A stretch of 64,000 nucleotides of DNA from Calditrichia bacterium (GTDB taxonomy: Bacteria > Calditrichota > Calditrichia > RBG-13-44-9 > J075): NCBI GenBank assembly GCA_050633245.1, contig JBOEGD010000010.1:157989-221988 (forward strand), written 5' to 3'. Below are positions 1 to 9,762 of the stretch, piece after piece. A model generated the notes under the pieces. The model did not search any database. It was not told the DNA's origin and saw only the letters and a list, made by a program, of their open reading frames with translations. The translations under genes were made by a program, and so were the position numbers. The first letter of the stretch is position 1, and every line of letters starts with the position of its first letter.

Positions 1-229
1 CAGAATACAGAACTCAGAACTCAGAACTCAGAACTCAGAACTCAGAATAGTGAGAAACGGGCAGAAACAGTGAGAAACAGTGAGAAACAGTGAGAAATGA
101 ATAAATTGCCCTATTGCCCTATTGCCCTATTGCCCTATTGCCCGATTGCCCGATTGCCCTGTTGCCTTATCACTTTTCACTTTTCACTTTTCACGTTTCA
201 CTTTTCACGTTTCACTTTTCACGTTTCAC
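1..229. repeat. Compound short tandem repeat block: CAGAA(CT/TA) x7, TGAGAAACAG x~5, ATTGCCC(T/G) x8, (T/G)TTTCAC x8
   Basis: Read directly: 1-49 heptamer, 51-97 decamer, 105-168 octamer, 174-229 heptamer. May extend left of the window. Confidence 0.97.
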
Positions 230-301
230 CATTGCCCCATCAAAAAATTTATCTCCTGTTGATTCCGTAATAAAAAACCGTATGATAATAAATATATCAA
301 A

Positions 302-1345
302 ATGGAATACGAGTTTATGTCTACGAAAAAAGCAAACACCTATCATCCCAGAGAGATTGAACAAGCGGATGAGCTGTACCAGAAGATAAAAAGAGATGCT
401 TCGGAATTTGTCCCGCTGGAAAACCCCTATCTGGAGTTAAACCCGGAACGCATTCTTGGTGTGTACGAAAATAATCATCCCGGCCCAACAGTGGTGTGCA
501 CGGGAGGTGTTCACGGGAATGAACCTGCTGCATTGCATGCGATACGCGCAGTTATTCAATTATTACACAAGCGCAGACCAGCCTTCCGTGGAAAGCTGAT
601 CGGCTTGGGAGGCAATCTTCCGGCGCTGGCACAATCGCAACGCTATATCGATGCGGATCTCAATCGCATCTGGACAAGTGAGCGGATGAAGTTGATCCGA
701 GAGCAGAAACTTCCCCAACCACCATTTGTCGAAACCAATGAGCAGCTTGAACTCTATTGTATCATCGCAGGATTAATGCGCGAAACAGAACATCTCTTTC
801 TTATGGATTTACATACAACCTCCTCAAAGAGTGCGCCATTTCTGGTGCTTAATGACGCGCCGGAGTATCGTTCCTATGCCAAAGCTTTGCCGGTTCCAGT
901 AATATTCGGCCTGAGTGATGAGCTCGAAGGCACGCTCATTCACTGGATAAAGCGCAAAGGTTCAGAGTCGATTGCTTTCGAAGCGGGTCAACACTACGCT
1001 CGAACGTCTATGGACAATCACATCGCTGCAATTTTGCAAACGCTCGTTATAAAGGGCTGTTTGCTACCGCAATGCTTACCGGAACTGGAAGATCATCGGA
1101 AAGTGCTGCGGGAGTCGGCCAAGGGCACGGCAAGACACTACCAGCTTGCCTATCACTACAAAATTGCCCCGGATGAAAAGTTTGCCATGAATCCCGGCTA
1201 TATAAGTTTTCAAAAAGTTCGCAAGGGCGAAGAGCTTGCGCGAAACCAGAACGGTCCCATACTTTGTCCGATGGACGGCACTATTTTCATGCCACTCTAT
1301 CAAACACAGGGTAATGACGGCTTTTTTATTGTGAAGGCGGAGTAA
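302..1345 (+). CDS. Succinylglutamate desuccinylase/aspartoacylase family (M14) metallo-hydrolase
   Basis: GGVHGNE zinc motif, DLNRIW, MDLHTTS and FEAGQH motifs, plus a C-terminal AstE-like barrel region. Confidence 0.88.
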   Translation: MEYEFMSTKKANTYHPREIEQADELYQKIKRDASEFVPLENPYLELNPERILGVYENNHPGPTVVCTGGVHGNEPAALHAIRAVIQLLHKRRPAFRGKLIGLGGNLPALAQSQRYIDADLNRIWTSERMKLIREQKLPQPPFVETNEQLELYCIIAGLMRETEHLFLMDLHTTSSKSAPFLVLNDAPEYRSYAKALPVPVIFGLSDELEGTLIHWIKRKGSESIAFEAGQHYARTSMDNHIAAILQTLVIKGCLLPQCLPELEDHRKVLRESAKGTARHYQLAYHYKIAPDEKFAMNPGYISFQKVRKGEELARNQNGPILCPMDGTIFMPLYQTQGNDGFFIVKAE

Positions 1346-1349
1346 AGAA

Positions 1350-1558
1350 CAACGGTGAACGCTGAACGGGCGGTTGGGCAGAAAAGAGTTTTCCCCCCGT
1401 TCATTATTCTCTCCTTCATATGAAAGGTGAAGTGGTGAAGAAGAGAAGAAGTCTTTTAACTGACGTCTGTTCTTTGACGTCTGTTCTTTGCCGTCTTTTA
1501 ATTGCCGCTCACCCTGTCGCCCATTCTCCCGCTCATTTTTCTGATTCCTGCATTCCCA
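1350..1558. repeat. Degenerate short tandem repeats (GGTGAAC-like heptamers, GTGAAG octamers, TGACGTCTGTTCTT x2.5, CC-rich octamers)
   Basis: AACGGTGAACGCTGAACG near 1351, GGTGAAGTGGTGAAG near 1426, TGACGTCTGTTCTT repeated from 1461. Confidence 0.65.
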
Positions 1559-1757
1559 CAGTAACCAAACCGTGAGACAACTAACACAATTTCGTGATAC
1601 TTTTACTGTAAGTTGCTTCTTGAATAAATTAATGATTATTTTCGGGACATTATTACCCGATTTGTCAGTATTATTCAGGAAGTGATTATCTTATATTAAG
1701 ATAGTGTCGGAAACCCAAGTAACCCGACCCCTATAGTTTAAAGAGGAGCATAGAAAT

Positions 1758-4700
1758 ATGTTTAAGTATATTCTGCTCGGAATAACGCTAATTGTTTCGA
1801 TAGCTGCTGCAGACAGCCGCATTACCGGCCATACACCTCAGGCCATCTCTATCGAGTTTACGTTACCCGCATTGGAAAGCGAAACCATCTCACTCGACGG
1901 CACGGCTTACACCCGTCTTAGCTACGAGGGTGCCCGTTTTCAACAGGATACTGGCGCACCGATGTTGCCGTTCAGCACCTATCGCGTGGCAATTCCCCCC
2001 GGTGCCGAGGTGACCATGCAATACTCCATTAAAAGCGAAGACCAGCTTCTACAGCGGAACATCCTGCCTGCTGTTCTACTATCAGGTATCGATGAAAATT
2101 CGGTTCTGCCAAAACAAGAATCCATATATAGTAGCGGTAACCCTTATCCCGGTAACGTAGTTCAGGTAAGCGAACCCTATCGTTTTCGATCGATGCGCGT
2201 GGTGGATGTGTCAATTCATCCATTGCAATATTTCCCGGCAGAGCAGCGCGTCCGCACATTGAAGACTGTTTCTATCCAACTGAAAGTAAAAAATGCCGAC
2301 CTCAGTAAAACCAGTCGCATTCGCGGAAGTCATTTTCTTCTAAAAAAATCTATTCTGAACTTCAAGCAGGCAAAAAGTTGGGCAGAAGCGCCACAACGTC
2401 TTGCCAAAGGACGCGTCGATTACGATTTCAGTTTATCCGAATGGTTTCGCATTCCGGTACCCGAAGAAGGAATATATCAGATTACCGGTAGCGCACTTGC
2501 AGAACTGGGCGTAACAATTTCCGCTGTGCAGGCAAACACCATTCAGATGTTTAACCATGGTGGTGCGCCGCTTTCAGTGAATACGACGCCTCCACCTGCT
2601 GAAGATTTGAATGAAGTCGCCATTTCGGTAGACGATAAAAACAGCAATGGTGTTATAGATAATGATGATGTCATAACCTTTTATGGTGTTGACTTAAGCG
2701 GTTGGCGTTATAATCAGACAGAGGTAGAATGGCAACCCTATACCCATCCATATGCAACGCAGAATTATTATCTCATGACCTTTAATCAAAACAGCGGCAA
2801 GCGTATAGCTGTTGAAGCATCACCTGATTTAGCCAGTGCAGCCCGCGCAACGCAGTTCTCAGATTACTATCGTTTTGAACAGGATGAATATAATATTCTT
2901 GAGTCCGGACTGGATTGGTATTGGCTGAAATTTGACGGAACATCAGCGACACGCGAAATAAACTTTACGCTGCCTTCAAACATTCTAAATGGACAAGGCA
3001 CGTTGAGCTTTTCGCTTCAAGGTGGGTCTGGCGCAAGATATTATGAGCCGATATCAGGCTTTAACTATATTTTTGAGGCTGCATTAAATAATAATGTGCT
3101 GGCTTCCAATCTTCGTTTTGGTCAGGCGCAAAATCGCGTTGAGAGAAACCTCGTTTCCGACAAAATTGTCGGTGGCGAAAACACCCTAAAACTGGATTAC
3201 ACCGGAAGTGTTGAGGGTTGCTTTGCATTTTTTGACTATCTCGAAGTTGAGGTTGAACGCCCCTTTGCCGCCGAGAGCGGACGACTGAAGTTTTATTATG
3301 AAGTAGATGACAGTCCACTTGAATTTTTGATTACCGGTCTTTCCGGCAGCAATAACAGAGTGTGGGACGTCAGTGATTATGCCAATGTAAAACAAGTTAC
3401 GCCACTCGATGCCTCTGGTCAAGTGCGCTTTCATGCATCGACGACGACACCGGAAGGCAGAGCCTATCAGGTATTCAGTCCAACCGGTATTCGCACAGCC
3501 AGTGGTATTGAACGCATAGAAGCCTTTGCAAATCTGCGCAATCCTTCACGGCGCGCTCGTTTACTGGTAATTACACCAGATGAGTTTTATGAAACAGCTC
3601 AGCGCCTTGAAAGCTTTAAAGAGTCTGACTTTGTTAACCCAATTCAAACGGAAGTTATTCGTACCAGAGACATATTTACAGAGTTTTCTTCCGGTCTTAC
3701 CGATCCGAGTGCTATTCGTAACTTTATAAGATATGCCTCTATGAACTGGGGATCCGATTCTACTGACATCCCTGAATACATCATGCTCTTAGGCGATGGC
3801 TCTTATGACTATCGCAATATTGTGCTTACTAACTATGAAAATCACATCCCGACGTTTCAAGTGAGTGCAAACAATGACATCACCAGCCGCGCTGCGGACA
3901 ATTTTTACGTCGCAATCAACGCCAGTAACGTTGGCACCCTAACTCCCGAGCTTGCCATCGGACGCGTGCCGGCAAACAATCTTGAAGAAGCCGAGAGCTT
4001 CATCAACAAGCTTATCCAATACGATCGCTCATTTGCCTTCACGCCTGAAAGCCAAAATGGCTGGCAATCTGTTCTTACTTTTGTAGCCGATGATGAGTGT
4101 CCGGCAAACCGCGCATGTACCGAATGGTTTCACTTGCGTCAATCAGAAGAAATTGTAAACTCTCTTCCGGAGAAGTTCGACGTTAAGAAAATTTACCTCA
4201 CCGACTATGAGACGGAAACCGGTGGCCTGGGTCGCTTAAAGCCAAAGGCAACCACAGATTTGCTGAATCAGATTAATCGCGGAACGCTGCTCATTAACTT
4301 TTACGGACATGGCGACCCGAACACTTGGGCACACGAGCAGGTGCTTACACGCGGTCGCGATCTTCCGTTCATCAATAATGACGGACGTCTGCCGATTTGG
4401 ATTGCTGCAACCTGTACCTGGGGGCAATACGACGATCCGAACACACCGTCTATGGCAGAGGCTGTTATATGGAATGAAGGTGGTGGAATTGCATCGATTG
4501 CTGCATCCCGACCGACATTTGCTTTTCAGAACGAACAGTTCGTTGAGAACATGTTCGACGTTCTTTTTCAAAACGGCTCGAATGAAACTCGCTCTGTTTT
4601 ATTGGGTGATGCGATTCTACCTTCACTCAATGGATCTGTAAACAGTCAGAAATATCACCTGTTTGGCGATCCTACCCTACGCGTTGCAGATCCATCTTAT

Positions 4701-5732
4701 CAGGTATCGCTGACCTCCATCTCGCAGGATACGCTGAAAGCTCTGTCTAAAGTGACGCTGCAGGCACAGATCAAAGATTCAGATGGGAATGCGCTAAACG
4801 ATTTTAATGGAAAGGCGCTCATTCGCGTCTTCGATGCAGTAGACAGCACCACCAGCGGTGGCATTGAGTATTCGCTTACCGGAGGCACCATTTTTAACGG
4901 AATTGTCAGCGTGACAAATGGCCGTCTTGGTGTAGATCGCGAAGCCGGATTCAAGGTCCCGAAATCGATCAAATACAAAGATCAGCGCACCGGACGCATC
5001 AGCATTTACGCCTGGAGCGAAAACAGCCGCGACGCGGTAGGTTTTGTCGATACGCTATTATTTAATGGTTCCGAGACGCAGATTGATGACCCGGAAGGTC
5101 CGGATATCGACTTCGCTTTCCCGGATCAACCAGAATTTTTCGACGGTGACTTCGTCACTCAGCAAACCAGCATTTCGATCCGCCTTGAAGATGAGAGTGG
5201 CATTAACCTAACCGGTGAAGTAGGCCACTTAATTGAGCTGACAATTGACGGCACGATCCGTAAAGACGTTACCGAGTTCTTCGTGTACGATGAAAATAGC
5301 TTTCAAAAAGGTGAGCTGCTCTATACGCTGCCCGCAATTGGAACCGGACAGCATACGCTGACCATCTCAGCATGGGACAACCTGAACAATTACTCCGAGA
5401 AGACGCTGAATTTCACGACAAGTAATGCCGAGGAAGCAGCACTTACTCAGGTGGTAAACTATCCGAATCCTCTCGCTGAGGACACGCACTTTACCTTCCA
5501 ATATCTGTCGCCAACCGGTAGCGGAAATGTAGATGTTAAGATCTATACCATTGGTGGTCGCCAGATTCAGGAGTTAAACGACATTGCTCGTCCCGGCTTT
5601 AACAAGATCTACTGGGATGGTCGCGATCGCGATGGCGACATTATCGCCAACGGTGTCTATCTCTACAAGATTGTCATAGACGATGGCAGCAAGATCGTTG
5701 AAAAACGCGAAAAGCTGGTTATCAGTCGCTAA
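1758..5732 (+). CDS. porU: Type IX secretion sortase PorU-like C25 (gingipain family) peptidase
   Basis: Signal peptide, C25 propeptide-like N-terminus, LLGDGSYDYR, catalytic YGHG and ATC, LFGDP, C-terminal NYPNP...WDGRD...GVYLYKI Ig-like domain. RBS GAGGAG. Confidence 0.85.
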   Translation: MFKYILLGITLIVSIAAADSRITGHTPQAISIEFTLPALESETISLDGTAYTRLSYEGARFQQDTGAPMLPFSTYRVAIPPGAEVTMQYSIKSEDQLLQRNILPAVLLSGIDENSVLPKQESIYSSGNPYPGNVVQVSEPYRFRSMRVVDVSIHPLQYFPAEQRVRTLKTVSIQLKVKNADLSKTSRIRGSHFLLKKSILNFKQAKSWAEAPQRLAKGRVDYDFSLSEWFRIPVPEEGIYQITGSALAELGVTISAVQANTIQMFNHGGAPLSVNTTPPPAEDLNEVAISVDDKNSNGVIDNDDVITFYGVDLSGWRYNQTEVEWQPYTHPYATQNYYLMTFNQNSGKRIAVEASPDLASAARATQFSDYYRFEQDEYNILESGLDWYWLKFDGTSATREINFTLPSNILNGQGTLSFSLQGGSGARYYEPISGFNYIFEAALNNNVLASNLRFGQAQNRVERNLVSDKIVGGENTLKLDYTGSVEGCFAFFDYLEVEVERPFAAESGRLKFYYEVDDSPLEFLITGLSGSNNRVWDVSDYANVKQVTPLDASGQVRFHASTTTPEGRAYQVFSPTGIRTASGIERIEAFANLRNPSRRARLLVITPDEFYETAQRLESFKESDFVNPIQTEVIRTRDIFTEFSSGLTDPSAIRNFIRYASMNWGSDSTDIPEYIMLLGDGSYDYRNIVLTNYENHIPTFQVSANNDITSRAADNFYVAINASNVGTLTPELAIGRVPANNLEEAESFINKLIQYDRSFAFTPESQNGWQSVLTFVADDECPANRACTEWFHLRQSEEIVNSLPEKFDVKKIYLTDYETETGGLGRLKPKATTDLLNQINRGTLLINFYGHGDPNTWAHEQVLTRGRDLPFINNDGRLPIWIAATCTWGQYDDPNTPSMAEAVIWNEGGGIASIAASRPTFAFQNEQFVENMFDVLFQNGSNETRSVLLGDAILPSLNGSVNSQKYHLFGDPTLRVADPSYQVSLTSISQDTLKALSKVTLQAQIKDSDGNALNDFNGKALIRVFDAVDSTTSGGIEYSLTGGTIFNGIVSVTNGRLGVDREAGFKVPKSIKYKDQRTGRISIYAWSENSRDAVGFVDTLLFNGSETQIDDPEGPDIDFAFPDQPEFFDGDFVTQQTSISIRLEDESGINLTGEVGHLIELTIDGTIRKDVTEFFVYDENSFQKGELLYTLPAIGTGQHTLTISAWDNLNNYSEKTLNFTTSNAEEAALTQVVNYPNPLAEDTHFTFQYLSPTGSGNVDVKIYTIGGRQIQELNDIARPGFNKIYWDGRDRDGDIIANGVYLYKIVIDDGSKIVEKREKLVISR

Positions 5733-5768
5733 TTGAGCTGCATACTTCACATCTAATTTTTACCACCT

Positions 5769-5794
5769 GAAGCCAGCGGTTTTCCGTTGGCTTC
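5769..5794 (+). terminator. Stem-loop after porU (no U-tract)
   Basis: GAAGCCAGCGG-TTTT-CCGTTGGCTTC. Confidence 0.45.
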
Positions 5795-5818
5795 GCTATA
5801 TCAACCATAGGGGGCCTC

Positions 5819-6997
5819 ATGGATCTCGCACGCATTCAATCTGCAATTCGTCAACAAAACCTGGACGGCTGGCTACTTTACGATTTTCACAGCCGCGATC
5901 CACTGGCCTGTAGCATTATCGGCTTGTCCCCACACGCCTTCTCGACACGACGATGGTATTTTTACATCCCTGCTGAGGGAGAACCAACCCGACTGGTCAG
6001 TCGCGTCGATCAAAGCCTGCTCGATTTTCTTCCGGGCAAGAAACTCTACTATCTTTCCTGGCAGGAAATGTATGCGCAAATTCAGGCGATGCTTGGTAAT
6101 GCCAAACGTGTGGCGATGAATTATTCTCCAATGAACAACATTCCCTATGTTTCAATGGTGGATGCCGGTACAATTGAAATCGTTCGGCATCTTGGTTACG
6201 AGCCGGAGAGCGCCGCCGATCTGATTCAACTTTTTGAAGCTATCATCGATGAGAATGGGTATCAAAGCCATTGCGATGCCGGAGATCTGATCCTGAACAT
6301 CAAAAATGAAGCCTATGCCAAGATCAATCATGCGTTGAGTCATGGAGAGTCGTTAACCGAATACGAGCTACAGCAGTTTATTATGAAGCGTTTTGATGAA
6401 GAGGGATTAACCTGCGAAGAACACGGTCCCATTGTTGGTATCAATGATCATCCTGCCGACCCACATTTTGAGCCGACACCGGAGAATAGCCGCACATTTG
6501 AAAAAGGCAATACCATACTTATCGATCTCTGGGCAAAGAAGAAAGAAGCCGGTTCTATTTATTACGACGTAACCTGGTGCGGTTATGCCGGAGAAAATCC
6601 ACCTGCCAAATACGTCGAAATATTTAACACCGTTCGCGATGCCCGTAAAGCAGCTGTGGAGTTTGTGCGAAATAAGTTTTCCCGCAAGGAAATATGTTAT
6701 GGCTGGGAAGTAGATGACGCCTGTCGTAATGTGGTAAAAGCGGCCGGGTATGGTGAGTATTTTGTTCATCGCACCGGTCATTCTATCGGCACCAGCGTGC
6801 ATGGCAACGGCGTCAACATAGACAATTTGGAAACGAAGGATGAACGCAGACTAATGCCGGGCATTTGTTTTTCAATTGAACCCGGCATTTATATTGTAGG
6901 CGAGATGGCGGTGCGTTCAGAGATTAACGTTTTTATTAAGCTCGACGGCGAAGTAGTTGTTTACGGCGACGAGCAGGAAGACCTGATTCTGGTTTAA
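5819..6997 (+). CDS. M24 family Xaa-Pro peptidase
   Basis: IDLW, YYDVT, HRTGHSIG, SIEPGIY and VRSE pita-bread metal ligands. Confidence 0.9.
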   Translation: MDLARIQSAIRQQNLDGWLLYDFHSRDPLACSIIGLSPHAFSTRRWYFYIPAEGEPTRLVSRVDQSLLDFLPGKKLYYLSWQEMYAQIQAMLGNAKRVAMNYSPMNNIPYVSMVDAGTIEIVRHLGYEPESAADLIQLFEAIIDENGYQSHCDAGDLILNIKNEAYAKINHALSHGESLTEYELQQFIMKRFDEEGLTCEEHGPIVGINDHPADPHFEPTPENSRTFEKGNTILIDLWAKKKEAGSIYYDVTWCGYAGENPPAKYVEIFNTVRDARKAAVEFVRNKFSRKEICYGWEVDDACRNVVKAAGYGEYFVHRTGHSIGTSVHGNGVNIDNLETKDERRLMPGICFSIEPGIYIVGEMAVRSEINVFIKLDGEVVVYGDEQEDLILV

Positions 6998-8302
6998 TTA
7001 TCGCACCAGCAAATCGTAAACAATAGGCGATCGATTTGTTTGGGATGTGGAAAAAACCAATTCGACCTGCCAGTTTCCATTTTGCAAAGATGGTGGAACT
7101 TCCAACAGCTTTTCATAAACGCCTGCACGCAACATCTGGCCATCAGATTCCAGGCTAATTTCCTCTGCAGAAGTGCCGTCCTTCAGGAAGCGAACGATTA
7201 ACGTCGTCGCTTCCGGGCGTTCATATTTTATTCGCAATACCTTGCCACCTCTTTGCATGCTCGAACGCCAGCTACCGCTGCTTTCAAATTGCGCATCGGT
7301 ATAAGCCCCGCCAATACTCCACCGTCCACCGCGCGCACCACCATAATACAAATACACGCGGTTCTCGAAGTACGACAGATGCGGGCGCACCAGTTTTCGG
7401 CGTTCCCATTTCCGCTGCGGTTTCAACACGTCCCGCAGATTCGTCCAGGTGTATCCATCGACAGATTCAGCACGACTAATTTTTGTTCTTGGTCCCTTTG
7501 GTGTTAAATAAAGTTGGGTAAAGAACATCGTATAACTATCGCCATTAAAAAGCACGTCAGGTGCAATAACACCTGGTAAATTTAGAAGAACCGGTCTTGT
7601 CCCATATTTTTTCCAGCGCACACCGTCTTTTGAATTCGCTACGCCAAGCGAGGCAACAGGTCCCTGAAATCCGGTATACCACATACGATAGGTTTTCTCT
7701 TTGGGTAGATAAAGAATATCTCCATACGCATTGCCCGCAAAATCCCATTCCAGTGAATCAAGCGTCATCAGAGGTTCCGGGTTGGTTCTCCAGCTATTGC
7801 CCTGTTTAACTGCCAGTCCCCACTGATAGCCCAACTCGCTGTCGGTAGAGTTTCCGTTATAGTAAAGGTGCATTTCTCGATCTTTCAAAAAAACAATCGG
7901 GGCAATCTGGTGAAAGCTGTCCCAGTCCTGGCCACTCCCCGTAAAAATACGACCGCGTTTATTCCATCCCCAGCCTGCCTTATCCATCACGGCATAACCA
8001 ATGTGGTATTTTCCACGATCATCGCCGTCGTAAAACAACATGATAGAATCGGCAGTTACCATTAAAAAGGGGTCTGCTGCGTCCTTGCTGTCCCACTTTC
8101 CCTTCCCGGGGCGAACAATAGGGTTTTTCGGTAGTTTGGTAAAGTCACCTATCTCGAACTTCAACAGCATCATTGTGGGAAAAGACTGGTAATCTACATT
8201 CGTTTCAGAAGCCGTTTCATAAAAGGCTATTTGACCGGACTGAGATAGTGCAATAGTGGAAAAAAGAAGCAGAGAAAGAAAGAAATTTTGCATGAGAGAC
8301 AT
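6998..8302 (-). CDS. Secreted five-bladed beta-propeller protein, GH43/GH32/GH130-like
   Basis: Signal peptide; repeated blades such as NPIV..G.WD, MWYTG...GVANSKDGVRW and AESVDGYTW. Confidence 0.65.
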   Translation of the reverse strand: MSLMQNFFLSLLLFSTIALSQSGQIAFYETASETNVDYQSFPTMMLLKFEIGDFTKLPKNPIVRPGKGKWDSKDAADPFLMVTADSIMLFYDGDDRGKYHIGYAVMDKAGWGWNKRGRIFTGSGQDWDSFHQIAPIVFLKDREMHLYYNGNSTDSELGYQWGLAVKQGNSWRTNPEPLMTLDSLEWDFAGNAYGDILYLPKEKTYRMWYTGFQGPVASLGVANSKDGVRWKKYGTRPVLLNLPGVIAPDVLFNGDSYTMFFTQLYLTPKGPRTKISRAESVDGYTWTNLRDVLKPQRKWERRKLVRPHLSYFENRVYLYYGGARGGRWSIGGAYTDAQFESSGSWRSSMQRGGKVLRIKYERPEATTLIVRFLKDGTSAEEISLESDGQMLRAGVYEKLLEVPPSLQNGNWQVELVFSTSQTNRSPIVYDLLVR

Positions 8303-8349
8303 ATTCCAATATTTTAATCTATGTTATCGTGAATCGGAATTCTAAAATA

Positions 8350-8456
8350 GTGAAAAGTGGAAAGTGAAGAGTGAAAAGTGAAAAGTGAAAAGTGATTCAT
8401 ACCGTTCACCGTTCACCGTTCACCGTTCACCGTTCACCGTTCACCGTTCACCGTTC
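8350..8456. repeat. Bipartite heptamer array: GTGAAAA x~6.5 followed by ACCGTTC x8
   Basis: 8350-8395 and 8401-8456, read directly. Confidence 0.97.
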
Positions 8457-8752
8457 TAATGTTACAACAGATTTTTATTGGAATGTGACTAAAGCCCCAT
8501 TGAAGGAAGTGTATTATTATTACCTTTTCCTGCAATCTATTAAGTGTATCGTTTCTCCCTTTGCGATGAATGTATATTTTCGTAAAAAATGCAAAGACTT
8601 GGAATCAGCATATTTTTTTATATAATTGAAGAAAAATCCCTTAACCAACTGCAAGAACCTTCGATAATAGAATCAGTATAATAGCGTGCCTGGCCTTAGT
8701 AAGGCTGCTATCGGGATATTGTGGATGGAGATTTAGCAGACGAGGAGTGAGA

Positions 8753-9229
8753 ATGAAAAAGATTGGCCGCGTTATGGTCGTGGATGATGAAGAGAATATT
8801 CGGGAAGTACTTTCCAACTACCTGGAATCGCTTGGGTATGAGGTAGTCACCGCCACTGATGGCCAAAATGCATTGGATAACTTTGAAGCAGGTTCATTCG
8901 ATCTAATCGTGTCGGATTTGCTTATGCCGGCAATCGACGGTCTTGAATTGCTGAAGCAGATTCGTGAGAAAGATAAAGATGTCATCTTTCTGATGATTAC
9001 CGGTTATCCATCAATTGAAACTGCTGTCGAGGCCATCAAAAAGGGTGCATACGACTATATTACCAAGCCGTTTCACATGGAAGATGTTAAGCTTAGAATT
9101 GAGCGGTCTTTCGAGAAGAAGAATTTACGAGATCGCCTGAGTACGATTCAGGGATTTATGTGGGCTCTTTTGTTTTCGATACCTCTGTGGCTGATATTAG
9201 GGATAATTCTTGCCAGAATTCTTCGCTAA
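8753..9229 (+). CDS. Single receiver-domain response regulator with C-terminal transmembrane anchor
   Basis: VVDD, SDLLMP (phospho-Asp), ITGY and TKPF motifs. Ends in FMWALLFSIPLWLILGIILARILR. RBS GAGGAG precedes ATG 8753. Confidence 0.9.
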   Translation: MKKIGRVMVVDDEENIREVLSNYLESLGYEVVTATDGQNALDNFEAGSFDLIVSDLLMPAIDGLELLKQIREKDKDVIFLMITGYPSIETAVEAIKKGAYDYITKPFHMEDVKLRIERSFEKKNLRDRLSTIQGFMWALLFSIPLWLILGIILARILR

Positions 9230-9248
9230 AAAAGCAGACTACCTTTTT

Positions 9249-9286
9249 AAACAGCCCGGTGAATCCTGGATTCGCCGGGCTGTTTT
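9249..9286. terminator. Bidirectional intrinsic terminator
   Basis: AAACAGCCCGGTGAATCC-T-GGATTCGCCGGGCTGTTT between convergent genes. Confidence 0.85.
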
Positions 9287-9527
9287 AGTTTATTACATAA
9301 ATAAACCCACCTACCAGACAGCCAACGATAAGAAACGGCACCAGCATTGCCAGTACAACTGGAAAAAAGACCAATAGAGCAACTCCACCGACAACCAGGC
9401 CGATAACAGAGCCGAGCAACTTAAAAGGCAGCGCCAACAGCCAAAGCCCTGCCTGCAAAAACACTACAAACAGCTTTCCAATTCCCAAAATAACCACGGC
9501 TAGAATTAAGAGGAAGAGTATTTCCAT
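9285..9527 (-). CDS. Small hydrophobic membrane protein (~80 aa)
   Basis: Almost entirely hydrophobic ORF. GGAGG RBS before ATG 9527. Confidence 0.75.
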   Translation of the reverse strand: MEILFLLILAVVILGIGKLFVVFLQAGLWLLALPFKLLGSVIGLVVGGVALLVFFPVVLAMLVPFLIVGCLVGGFIYVIN

Positions 9528-9579
9528 CGTGACCTCCAATGTAGATTGTTACTTAATTACGTTAGGCGGTTTAAAGTAA

Positions 9580-9606
9580 TTACGTAATCTTGCAAAGCAG
9601 GTTGCA
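9580..9606 (-). promoter_or_regulatory. Putative ECF-sigma promoter TGCAAC-N16-CGTAA
   Basis: Minus strand TGCAAC ctgctttgcaagatta CGTAA, upstream of the small membrane protein. Confidence 0.55.
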
Positions 9607-9762
9607 TTAGCGATGCAATTCAATCAAAAAATGACATTATTTCAAATGTCGATTCAGTCATTTTTCTTTTCGTACAACCATCTTATCTTTCCTTAATACA
9701 GCTTCTGCAAATAGCAGGAACAACTTTTGATGGCAGCCATCCGGCTAAACCATGGATACCCG

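Noticed and set aside
114-389. 91-aa ORF (MPYCPIALL...FSLFTFH)
   Set aside because: It is a translation of the 8-mer and 7-mer arrays and overlaps the real gene at 302.
8392-8625. 77-aa ORF with TVHRSPF repeats
   Set aside because: Product of the ACCGTTC array, with no RBS.
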